Source: an uncultured Bacteroidaceae bacterium
GTDB taxonomy: Bacteria > Bacteroidota > Bacteroidia > Bacteroidales > SM23-62
NCBI GenBank assembly: GCA_964420035.1
Contig: CAYQQR010000018.1
Location: forward strand, 5,027 to 69,026
Length of the DNA: 64,000 nt
Direction: 5' to 3'
Shown: positions 1 to 8,640 of the stretch, in pieces
How the letters are laid out: every line of letters starts with the position of its first letter
Position numbering within the stretch: position 1 is the stretch's first letter
Program-made: the position numbers and the translations under genes
Notes under the pieces: model-generated
Databases searched by the model: none
What the model saw: only the letters and a program-made list of their open reading frames with translations
What the model was told of the DNA's origin: nothing

Positions 1-2962
1 CCATATTCTCATAATAGTCGATGATGCTCTGCAAGGTCTGAAGTGCCTGAAAAGCATCATTTTTTATCATATACATGTTCGCCAGTAAAAGGAAGCTTTT
101 TGCAAGCCAATATTGATGAGGCGTATTCATCTGGATAAAGTCGAAGATTTCATTCTCTGCGACGTTGAATTTTTCCTGTTTAAAGAGTATTTCGGCCACC
201 CTGTACTTGGCTTCAGCCCCCTCTACGGATTTCACCTGGTCAGAGATTTTCTTGTATTCTTCCAGGGCAATGGCATAGCGTTCCTGCCTGTAGAAGGAAG
301 TGGCGATCTTATAACGGGCCTCCCTGCGGACAGCCTTTGAAAGCTTGTTGTCCAGCAGTACCTCCCGGGCAGCCGTTGTAGTATTGTTATATTCTTCCAG
401 GATGAAGTAGCAACGCATCTTACCCAACCTTGCCCGGGTGAGCAGTTCTCCTGTGCTGGCATACTGGTCAAGCATCAGGTATCTTTCCAGTGCCCGGGCA
501 TATTCACCCCTTTCAAAATACATTTCTGCCGTTACATCCAGTGCCTGTTCCGTAAAGGCATTCCTGGGGGCCTGGATGATGTATTCCAGGGATTCCAGGG
601 CTTCATCAGGTTCATCCAGTTTGAAGTGACAGTCGGCCTTATAAAAATGAGCATTCAGCAGAAAGTCTCCATTCTCATAATTCTCAATATAATTCCCCAG
701 CTTTACTATGGCCTCCTCACATTTATCTTCCATGTAAACATTCTCGGCTGCCAGGTATGTCAGGGAATCCTGCTCCGCCCTGCTGATATTCACAGCTTCA
801 CCCAGACTTTCGACATAGGCGAAGTATTCATCAACCCGGTTGGCCGCTACGTATACATTTTTAATACCGGTAAGGGCACTCCTGGCTTCTTCGGTGCCCG
901 GATATTTTTCTACAGCGCGTTTGTAGACCTCGATGGCTTTCTGGTTCATATCCTGGTTAAAATAAACCAGACCAAGCTGAACCAGGGCTTTGCTTGCATA
1001 GGGACTGTCCCCGAAATTGTCCAGTATCTTCTGGTAATGACTGATGGCCCGTTCTGTCTGGTTCAGGACGGTATGACTCTTTCCCATCTCAAAATGAGCG
1101 TCGTCCCTGTACTGGGATTCCGTATAATTGACCAGCAGGTTGCTGAGTATGTTGATCTTAGCCTGGTGGTCCTGCATCAGTCCCAGAGCAAAAGCCTTCT
1201 GGAAGAGTGCATAATCCTGGTCCATCAGGTCCATCTCAATATTTTTGTCATAATAATCAATGGAACGGGCATAGTTGGATTGACCAAAACAGATGTCTCC
1301 CAGCCGGTTGTAAGCATCGGCCAGCAACCTGTTGGTCTTGCTGTCGATGAGTGAAGTGAATTTCCGGAACCAGTTGGCGGCCTGCCCGTATTTCTTTTCC
1401 CTGAAATAAATATATCCCAGGTTGTAATGGGCTATTGCATAATAGGGCGTGTTGAAAGCATCTTCATTGTTGATAAAGCGCTTGTAATAATTCTCCGCGG
1501 TCTCAAAATCCTTCAATTGATAGCCGGTTTCCCCTTTCCAATACTGGCACAGGGCTGCTATCTCAGCATCATAGCCTGAATATTCCTCTGACAGGTCAAA
1601 TTTATTCACGGCCTCGTTAAAGCGCAAATCATTGAACAATTCGAGTCCCCTGTAAAAAGCAACCCTTTGATATGCACGGGAAATCTCAGGGGTTTTGATC
1701 CTGATCTTTTCCAGGGAAGACAGGGCATCCTTGAAATTTTTGGTGTTCAGATATGCATCCACCAGGTAGGCATAAGCCTGGTCGGTTCTGTCGGAAGCCG
1801 GGTAACTGTTGATAAAGAGGTTCAATGCCCGGATGGCTTCATTGAAGGGAGAATAGGACAATTCATAGGTCAGGACCGCGAAATTATAGAGGGCTTCCTC
1901 CTTCACCCCGGCATCCTGATCCATGCTCGCAGCCGCCCCGAAAGCCATCCGTGCATTGTCTTTGTCACCCATCTCAAGAAAACTGGCCCCCAGGTGATAT
2001 TGGGCATTCTGTTGTACCTGGCTTTTCCTTCTTGCAACACGCTTGAAATATTCAATGGCTGTTTCATAATCCCCGGTCATATAGCAGCTGAAAGCATATT
2101 GATACTGCTCCTCCGGTAAAGCATAGGCATTGGCTTCGTGGTATATCTTCAGGTAGGACAAAGCCTGCTGATAATCTTCGAGATAGTAAAAGGATTCCCC
2201 CAGTATCCTCGACATCTCCGGTTTTCTCTTCTCCGTAACCGAATCGATCCATTTGGGTGCATATTCTGTTACCTGTTCATATTTCTTTTGCAGATAATAT
2301 ATCTGGGTGACATAATAGGGAACCAGGGGAGAAAAAGTCTCATCTTCGCTCAGGTTCAGAAAGTTCTCCAGGGCAGTCTCATAATTTTCAAGTTCGTAAT
2401 GGATGTGGGCATAATAATAGGTGGCCGGTGAAGCAAAGGGAGAATCGCTGTCCTTCATCTCGTAAAAAGCCTTCCTTGCCTCATTGTACTTGTTCCTTTG
2501 AAAATAGGTGTAGCCTTTTTTGAAATAATATTCCTGACGGTCTCTTTCATTCAGCCGGAAAGGATTGGTTGCCTCAAAGGCCCTGGTGGCATCGCTCCAT
2601 TGCTTCTCATAATAATAGTATTTTCCCATCTCGAACCAGGCTTCGTTGACCCTCGGACTCTCGGAATGCTCCGCGACAAAACGAAAAAGCTCGTAACCCG
2701 CATCTTCATTGAAAAGTCTTGCTGCACACAGGGCCCTATAATACGAAGCTTCGGAGATCAGCAGGCGCTCGGCCGGATCGGCATTTTCAATGGCACTTTG
2801 GAAATGTTCCCTTGCCGGACCGTATTTATCGCGCTCAAACAGTTCCAGTCCACGCTCGAAAGAAAGATTCTCCTGTAAATAAACCAGGGAACGCTGCGCC
2901 TGAACAAGGAGCGTTCCCCCCAGGAAACCAAGCAGAATTATATATTTACAAAATCGTCTCAT
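1..2962 (-). CDS. Large secreted tetratricopeptide-repeat protein (3' end runs off the window)
   Basis: Not in the ORF track because no stop lies inside the window. Manual translation from ATG 2962 gives MRRFCKYIILLGFLGGTLLVQAQRSLVYLQ.. (signal peptide), then TPR-like helices (EASYYRALCA, EAWFEMGKYYY). The same frame reads ..DAFQALQTLQSIIDYYENM at the left edge. Confidence 0.85.
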   Translation of the reverse strand, partial: MRRFCKYIILLGFLGGTLLVQAQRSLVYLQENLSFERGLELFERDKYGPAREHFQSAIENADPAERLLISEASYYRALCAARLFNEDAGYELFRFVAEHSESPRVNEAWFEMGKYYYYEKQWSDATRAFEATNPFRLNERDRQEYYFKKGYTYFQRNKYNEARKAFYEMKDSDSPFASPATYYYAHIHYELENYETALENFLNLSEDETFSPLVPYYVTQIYYLQKKYEQVTEYAPKWIDSVTEKRKPEMSRILGESFYYLEDYQQALSYLKIYHEANAYALPEEQYQYAFSCYMTGDYETAIEYFKRVARRKSQVQQNAQYHLGASFLEMGDKDNARMAFGAAASMDQDAGVKEEALYNFAVLTYELSYSPFNEAIRALNLFINSYPASDRTDQAYAYLVDAYLNTKNFKDALSSLEKIRIKTPEISRAYQRVAFYRGLELFNDLRFNEAVNKFDLSEEYSGYDAEIAALCQYWKGETGYQLKDFETAENYYKRFINNEDAFNTPYYAIAHYNLGYIYFREKKYGQAANWFRKFTSLIDSKTNRLLADAYNRLGDICFGQSNYARSIDYYDKNIEMDLMDQDYALFQKAFALGLMQDHQAKINILSNLLVNYTESQYRDDAHFEMGKSHTVLNQTERAISHYQKILDNFGDSPYASKALVQLGLVYFNQDMNQKAIEVYKRAVEKYPGTEEARSALTGIKNVYVAANRVDEYFAYVESLGEAVNISRAEQDSLTYLAAENVYMEDKCEEAIVKLGNYIENYENGDFLLNAHFYKADCHFKLDEPDEALESLEYIIQAPRNAFTEQALDVTAEMYFERGEYARALERYLMLDQYASTGELLTRARLGKMRCYFILEEYNNTTTAAREVLLDNKLSKAVRREARYKIATSFYRQERYAIALEEYKKISDQVKSVEGAEAKYRVAEILFKQEKFNVAENEIFDFIQMNTPHQYWLAKSFLLLANMYMIKNDAFQALQTLQSIIDYYENM

Positions 2963-3128
2963 ATCTTCTAAAAATATTGAAGTGCAGGGGGTTACAAAGC
3001 CTGTCAATATTAATCAAAAAGGCTTTGATGTAAAAAAGAACTTTTTAACAACAAACGAAGGAAGAGGAATTATCTTGTAATAAATGAACTGAGGTTTATG
3101 GGAGCTTAAATTAGTTCCCTTATTATTC

Positions 3129-3331
3129 TTCACCCACCCCAAGGCCCCTCCCTGGGACAGGGAGGGGCTTATTAAAATGATAGAAGTAATGCCAATATAT
3201 TTAATGTTACGGGTTACATAACGCGAAACCCGCGACATTAAATGACTGGAATAAGAAAAACTTTCGGGAAAAAATGCTTTCAATACACATGGTATGCATC
3301 TTTAGGGAGGGAGATTAAGCGGGTGGGTGAA
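3129..3331. mobile_element. MITE-like element with 11-bp terminal inverted repeats and internal hairpins
   Basis: TTCACCCACCC (3129-3139) and GGGTGGGTGAA (3321-3331). Internal hairpin GCCCCTCCCTG-GGA-CAGGGAGGGGC and an imperfect TAATGT..GGGTT/AACCC..ACATTA hairpin. Confidence 0.5.
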
Positions 3332-3399
3332 CGTGAACAAAAGATAAAGTGTGAAATATCAATAATTGGTTAGGGGCTGCGTTTGCGGGTAGTTGGATG

Positions 3400-4074
3400 C
3401 TAGCTATTGGATATAAGCTTGCCGTTTTCACACACCAGGGTTCGGGCCTGGTATTTTTCTTTCAGGCTGTAATTGTGGGTGGCCATGATGACGGTGCGGC
3501 CGCTGTCGCTGATCTCCTTGAGTATATCCATGATGGACTCGGAGGTCTGGGGATCCAGGTTCCCCGTGGGTTCATCGGCCAGGATGATCTCCGGGTCATT
3601 CAGCAGTGCCCGGGCAATGACTACTCTTTGCTGCTCTCCGCCCGACAGTTGATGTGGCATCTTGTAGCCCTTGAATTCCATCTCCACTTTCTGCAGCACT
3701 TCCTTGATCCTTTCCTCAATGGCCGCCTTATCTTTCCAACCGGTAGCTTTCAGGACAAACTCCAGGTTGGCATGAACGGTCCGGTCCATCATCAATTGGA
3801 AATCCTGGAAAACGATCCCCAGCTTCCTCCGCAGGAAAGGGATCTGTCGCTGCCTGATATCCACCAGGTTGTATTCGGCCACGATAGCTTCCCCTTTCTG
3901 GAGTGGATATTCTGCATTGATGGTTTTTATCAGGGAGGTTTTCCCCGACCCAACCTTCCCGATCAGGTATATGAATTCGCCTTTTCTCAGGGTGAAATTT
4001 ACATCGGACAATACCAGGTGGTCCTTGATAAATATATCGGCCTGATCGAACTGGATGATGGTCTCAAGTGCCAT
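3400..4074 (-). CDS. ftsE: FtsE-like ABC ATP-binding protein
   Basis: Walker A GKVGSGKTS, LRRKLGIVFQDFQL, LSGGEQQRV, ILADEPTGNLD, MATH. Start moved to MALETIIQF because the ORF-track extension is repeat-derived. Confidence 0.8.
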   Translation of the reverse strand: MALETIIQFDQADIFIKDHLVLSDVNFTLRKGEFIYLIGKVGSGKTSLIKTINAEYPLQKGEAIVAEYNLVDIRQRQIPFLRRKLGIVFQDFQLMMDRTVHANLEFVLKATGWKDKAAIEERIKEVLQKVEMEFKGYKMPHQLSGGEQQRVVIARALLNDPEIILADEPTGNLDPQTSESIMDILKEISDSGRTVIMATHNYSLKEKYQARTLVCENGKLISNS

Positions 4075-4119
4075 TGAATTCGGTAATTTTCTGTGGAAGC
4101 GAAAATAGTCATTAAAAAT

Positions 4120-4177
4120 GAACCGAAGAACTAACGAACCAAAGAACCGAACCAAGGAACCCGCGAAGCGCAGCGAG
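4120..4177. repeat. Degenerate GAACCAAG tandem repeats plus GCGAAGC/GCGCAGC mini-hairpins
   Basis: gaaccgaagaactaacgaaccaaagaaccgaaccaaggaacc-cgcgaagcgcagcgag. Confidence 0.7.
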
Positions 4178-4178
4178 C

Positions 4179-5288
4179 TTATACAAACGCCACATCCCCA
4201 TCCCCGTCATAGATCCTGACCGACGGGGGGTCCGGGAGTTCTTCGATCAGTTTCTTTGTTGCATAATAGTTTCTCACCATGTTTTTCCTGAACAGGTAGC
4301 GCCAGCGGAACCGGGCCATCGCGGAGGCCAGGTCCCGGTGAAAAGTTGTGAATATATTCAGGCGCTGGTGTAACATGATGGAATAGATGATATCGTCCAC
4401 CTCCGGCGCAAAGTCTGCAGGGAAAAAACCATAAGGCATGGTGAGCTTTCTGTCAACGCGGGTCAACCATAATACCGCCTTGAGTTCATTCTCCTTGTAT
4501 ACTTTCATAAGGTAATTGGCAAACCGCTTCTTTGCAGCACTGAAAAAATATTTCCGGCTCAGATCGGATGCCACAGGTTGTTCAACGATCCAGGGATAAT
4601 GAAGGATCCAATTGATATCTTTTTCATCCCTGCCCGAAAAAGAATCCTTCATATAGGGCCGGGCAAAGTCCATGGCTTCCCTGTCGAAACTGCTTAACCA
4701 GATCACCCGGTACCGGCTCAAATTGAAGAAGGGACGTATTACCAGGATCCCGATGTCATGAAAAAAATTGAGGATCAGGTCTGACAACCACCAAACTGGC
4801 TTCAGCAAACGTAATATCATAGATTTGGGCGGCAGGAGTGTGGCAAGATCAAAGCGCAGGTAGGTGCGCGATCCGAACTGTCGGTGATAGAGTTTAAATT
4901 CCCCTGTCTTATCATAAACTGCTTTAGACTCAGGGGCATAGTTGGTAAATATCAATCTTCCTTCCCAGTGTTTCAAGGCTTCCCTGAACAATCCGGTGGC
5001 ATAGCCACTTCGCCGTTTGTCGGGCCGCACCCAATTCCCGCTCAACCATCCCATGGCAGGACCTTCCCGGTCTTTCCCGGGCCGGTCGGGCATAATGCAC
5101 CGGTAGGCGATCAGCTCATTGTCCAGGTACCCGAGCAGGCAGACAATGTCGTTCTCCCTACTCCTGGGTGAAGCCAGATAGGACAGGGCTCGCTGCGGAC
5201 TCACGGGCCAGTGGGGCAGTTTTCTGAATTCAGCTGTTTGGGTGAATTCAACCAGTTCGCTCGCATTTAAACTCTTGATCCTGAACAT
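4179..5288 (-). CDS. GNAT-family N-acetyltransferase
   Basis: Acetyl-CoA motif A WVRPDKRRSGYATGL, then NYAPESKAVYDK. Likely start MFRIKSLN. Confidence 0.7.
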   Translation of the reverse strand: MFRIKSLNASELVEFTQTAEFRKLPHWPVSPQRALSYLASPRSRENDIVCLLGYLDNELIAYRCIMPDRPGKDREGPAMGWLSGNWVRPDKRRSGYATGLFREALKHWEGRLIFTNYAPESKAVYDKTGEFKLYHRQFGSRTYLRFDLATLLPPKSMILRLLKPVWWLSDLILNFFHDIGILVIRPFFNLSRYRVIWLSSFDREAMDFARPYMKDSFSGRDEKDINWILHYPWIVEQPVASDLSRKYFFSAAKKRFANYLMKVYKENELKAVLWLTRVDRKLTMPYGFFPADFAPEVDDIIYSIMLHQRLNIFTTFHRDLASAMARFRWRYLFRKNMVRNYYATKKLIEELPDPPSVRIYDGDGDVAFV

Positions 5289-5303
5289 AATAATTTGTTT
5301 TCC

Positions 5304-5395
5304 GCTACGCTGTTTTTCCGCCTTCGGCTGCTTCTCGCTGCGCTGTTTCTCGGCTTCGCCTGTCACTCGCTGCGCTGTTTCTCGCTTCGCTTCGC
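5304..5395 (-). repeat. ~16-nt periodic array of GNA-triloop mini-hairpins
   Basis: Minus-strand units GC-GAA-GC (x2, overlapping), GC-GCA-GC, GGC-GAA-GCC, GC-GCA-GC, GCC-GAA-GGC and GC-GTA-GC, separated by GAGAAACA-like spacers. Confidence 0.75.
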
Positions 5396-5407
5396 TCGCC
5401 GTGGCTC

Positions 5408-6337
5408 TTATACTCTTTTAATTATATTGCTGCCCGCTATACTCCTCAATAATGCCTTCATTCTTTGATGCAGCATGATGCCCCTCATTCCTGTCGAATA
5501 GTTTTCGACGGGGATACGCTGGAAATTGAGCGGGATGCTATCCCTTTTCAGTCCGGCAGTTCCAAATGTAAGCACTTCACCGCCCAAAGCCGCGTATAAT
5601 TGATCAAAAAAGTCCTTTCCGATCTTCCAGTCCGTAAAAGGAAAAGCAAAGCAGGGAATGGCGGAACCGGTCCATTCCATTACGGTCCTTGTACTTTCCA
5701 CCGCCTGTTGTATTTGTTCTTCAGGAGACAGATCGGGAAAATAATGATGATCCACCCCGTGACCGCCGAAAATAAAACCGTCGTTTACCATCTCCCCTAT
5801 CTGATCCCTGGTTAAATAGGGTTGTACTTTTTTCAGATAGTCTTTAAAATCTAATCCAATGATCCCGGCAACGCGGTCCAGGTAATGCCGGTGCGTGGAC
5901 GGGGTTTTCAGGATGCTTCGGGGAACCCGCTGACCGGGATACAGGTCATCGTAAACCTGGTGCATCTTCGTCCAGATCTCCCGCGGGTATTTCTTCTTCT
6001 TCAATTCTTCCACCAGGATGGATGCCTTGTACCTGTAGAAAATATCTTTGTTATCGATAAAAGCCGGATTGAGGAAAAGCAAGGGGCGAATACCTTTTTT
6101 AAGGAATATGGGGCGCATGACCGTATAGACTTCCGATAAGCCATCATCCACCGTTACGAGGAAACCGTTTCTTTTGCCCTTATACAGGTCTCCAACATCC
6201 AAAAGAGGGTAATGAGAACGAAAATAATCCAAATCCTCCTCAAATTGCCTCTTTGTACGCGGACCATACAAATGCCGGATATGAGGCGGGACTTCATCCG
6301 CCACCAGGTGATATACCGGTATAACAGGGATTTTCAT
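5408..6337 (-). CDS. Polysaccharide deacetylase (CE4/NodB-like)
   Basis: VYH, VTVDDG, GGHGVDH, FAFPF motifs. Likely start MKIPVIPVYH. Confidence 0.8.
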   Translation of the reverse strand: MKIPVIPVYHLVADEVPPHIRHLYGPRTKRQFEEDLDYFRSHYPLLDVGDLYKGKRNGFLVTVDDGLSEVYTVMRPIFLKKGIRPLLFLNPAFIDNKDIFYRYKASILVEELKKKKYPREIWTKMHQVYDDLYPGQRVPRSILKTPSTHRHYLDRVAGIIGLDFKDYLKKVQPYLTRDQIGEMVNDGFIFGGHGVDHHYFPDLSPEEQIQQAVESTRTVMEWTGSAIPCFAFPFTDWKIGKDFFDQLYAALGGEVLTFGTAGLKRDSIPLNFQRIPVENYSTGMRGIMLHQRMKALLRSIAGSNIIKRV

Positions 6338-6359
6338 GGTTTGAAGATAAAATATAATC

Positions 6360-6463
6360 GCGGATTGCGCCTGCCAGCCTACAGGCAGGGATCGCGGATT
6401 CACACGCACACTCCTAACCCACACCCAATCAGCAATTCGTAGTTCGCAATTCGCAATCCGTAA
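6360..6463. repeat. Composite intergenic repeat (CCTGCC..GGCAGG palindrome, CACACC hexamers, GCAATTC heptamers)
   Basis: cggattgcg-cctgccagcctacaggcagg-gatcgcggatt-cacacgcacactcctaacccacaccc-agcaattcgtagttcgcaattcgcaatccgtaatt. Confidence 0.7.
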
Positions 6464-7354
6464 TTATTTAAATGGCCACGGCAGCCGATTGATCCGGAGG
6501 TGGGGATAGGGTTCCGGTCTTGCCCCGAATCCTTTAAAAAACCTTGCCACACCGGGCACATCCGATCCTTCAAAATCCAGGACACTTTCTTCTTCATGAT
6601 CCTGATCCAGGAATTTGCCCAGCAGGTAAAACATGGCCCGCTTGTCTTTTCCCTCCTTGTTGCTTGCCGAAACCAGGTAATAATAACGCTTCAGATATTT
6701 TAAAAAAAACACGACAGACAACAGATCTCCTTTCCGGTTCCGCGTACCCCAGCACATGCCCATTTCTTTCTCATACACGGATACAAGAAGTTCTTGCAAC
6801 AACCTGTAGTGTTTTTGCTTCAGGAATACGATCTCGTTCTTGCTTTTAAAAGAGACCACTGTACTGATATCCAAATTTGTATCCAGGTGGAGATCGTTCT
6901 TACGGGATCTTTGGATGTTTCGCCTGGTATTTTCATTTATCTTATCAAACCAGGATCCTTTACCCTTCAGATCCAGAACGTAATTCTTCCTCATTTTGTA
7001 AGGAAGATTTGCAAGGTAATCTTCGGTACCGTTCAGCAGGGACAGTTCCACCAGCCGGTAAGCGGCAGGGATTTTGTGGATCATATCTTCAAGCCGGCTT
7101 AATGCATTTTCACCGGAGGCAAAAGGACCCGTTTGTTGCGAAAAAAGAGGCCGGACCACTGCCCGGAAGCCCCCGCGCCTGGATTTGGGAAGGGGGAGCA
7201 CCATTTCATGGTCTCCCAGGATCATGGCATCCCAACCGGGACTGGTACGGTCGAGGTACCAGCTGAGCGCGTAGATACGCGGGCCGGTGCTTTCGCGGAT
7301 GCACCGGTCCCATTTTTCCCTGTCGATCTCTTTATTCCTGAGGTACCTGATCAT
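6464..7354 (-). CDS. FemAB/BioF2-like GNAT acyltransferase
   Basis: IDREKWDRCI..IYALSWYLD N-terminus and LDFEGSDVPGVARFFKGFGA C-terminus, typical of this Bacteroidota family. Confidence 0.7.
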   Translation of the reverse strand: MIRYLRNKEIDREKWDRCIRESTGPRIYALSWYLDRTSPGWDAMILGDHEMVLPLPKSRRGGFRAVVRPLFSQQTGPFASGENALSRLEDMIHKIPAAYRLVELSLLNGTEDYLANLPYKMRKNYVLDLKGKGSWFDKINENTRRNIQRSRKNDLHLDTNLDISTVVSFKSKNEIVFLKQKHYRLLQELLVSVYEKEMGMCWGTRNRKGDLLSVVFFLKYLKRYYYLVSASNKEGKDKRAMFYLLGKFLDQDHEEESVLDFEGSDVPGVARFFKGFGARPEPYPHLRINRLPWPFK

Positions 7355-8630
7355 GAGCGGCTTTTTGTATCATTTCGATCCATACATCCCTCCATCCCTT
7401 CCATTTACCGTAATCCGACAGCGCATCATTATGAATGACGGGTATGAAATAACCCCCGTGCTTTCTTATCATGTTCATCCACGATTCCAGATATTCCGGG
7501 GCCTCACCGGCATCCAGCCTTAAATGATCCCGCAGGCCAATATCCATAATGCTGAAGGGAAAGATCCTGAGACCGGTGGTTTTCTCCTTTCCCAGCAGGT
7601 AAAATTCAAAAGGTACCGAGGTTCCGGCCCGGAAGCCGGGATGGGTCGAATATCCCATGCTATAATCTTCATGCAGTTCTTCAAACAAAAACATATTATA
7701 GGTCGCGGGTACATTAAAGCGCAGAAAATGCTGCCGGGAACGTTCGGCGGGCCGGCCGGTAAGGTGCTTGAATCTCCGCAGTTCCTTACGGAATATAAAA
7801 GGGTCATCCATCGAACTGTAGGAAGGATGCAGGCCCAGCATGCTTTTAGCTGACAGCTTCTTCATCAGTTGTTGAAAACGCTTGCTGGCTACGCGGGCCG
7901 AGGGATTATATCTGCCTTTCGACTGCATTAATACAAATATCCGGAATTCCGGGGTCATCCCTGGATGGCCATCCAGGACAAGGTCATAGGTATCGAAGGG
8001 ATCGAATTTACCAAAGGAACGAAATACGGTTTTGAACGATCCCCGGAATATATGTTTGAGTCTGCGACCGTTGTTCCTTATTAAACCGTTGGCTTTGAAC
8101 AGATAGGGGAGATCAACATCCATGGTCGGTATGAAGCGCATCCTTCGTTCCGGCACCTGGAAATCGGGGTAGTGTTCTTTCAGAAAATCAAAAAGGGCTG
8201 TTACCCAGATATCTATGACCGGCTGGTCGAGGAAACCGGAACGGCAGGCCAGGCTTGCCGTGGCGGGAAACCTGCCGTGTGCATCCCTTTCGGTGATGAT
8301 GTACTCTTCATAGCGGCTTACCAGGTAAAAGGCTGCTGCAAAGAGATCGAAGGGCCAGGCCCCTTCCGTATAGTAAAAAACGGGCATTCCGTTCCACTCC
8401 ATGACTTCGATATCCTGGTGGGTTATGCCTCCTTCATTCAATAATCCGGCAGGAAGAATCTGTATTCCACCCTGCAGGTTCTCCCATGAATAATTCAGTT
8501 TAGCACCTTCATACTGGTTATACTCCTGCAGGTCATTGGTCAGAATAAACTCTTTTCTGCCAATCGTACGGATCATAAGGTTGGATATGTATTGCAGCCG
8601 GGGTGATATTTTCTTGGCATATATCAGCAT
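7332..8630 (-). CDS. Polysaccharide deacetylase family protein (DUF7033-like N-terminus)
   Basis: DLFAAAFYLVSRYEEY..RDAHGRF, PTMDVD, GLHPSY, SRQHFLRF, DYSMGY..GFRAGT motifs. Confidence 0.75.
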   Translation of the reverse strand: MLIYAKKISPRLQYISNLMIRTIGRKEFILTNDLQEYNQYEGAKLNYSWENLQGGIQILPAGLLNEGGITHQDIEVMEWNGMPVFYYTEGAWPFDLFAAAFYLVSRYEEYIITERDAHGRFPATASLACRSGFLDQPVIDIWVTALFDFLKEHYPDFQVPERRMRFIPTMDVDLPYLFKANGLIRNNGRRLKHIFRGSFKTVFRSFGKFDPFDTYDLVLDGHPGMTPEFRIFVLMQSKGRYNPSARVASKRFQQLMKKLSAKSMLGLHPSYSSMDDPFIFRKELRRFKHLTGRPAERSRQHFLRFNVPATYNMFLFEELHEDYSMGYSTHPGFRAGTSVPFEFYLLGKEKTTGLRIFPFSIMDIGLRDHLRLDAGEAPEYLESWMNMIRKHGGYFIPVIHNDALSDYGKWKGWRDVWIEMIQKAAHDQVPQE

Positions 8631-8640
8631 GAAGACCTTT

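Noticed and set aside
5289-5366. Repetitive N-terminal extension AEKQRSEKQPKAEKQRS on the GNAT ORF (similar extensions on ftsE and the deacetylase)
   Set aside because: These are translations of intergenic repeat arrays; better ATG starts exist downstream.
5304-5395. Possible mini-CRISPR
   Set aside because: The 16-nt period has no unique 25-45-nt spacers and there are no cas genes.
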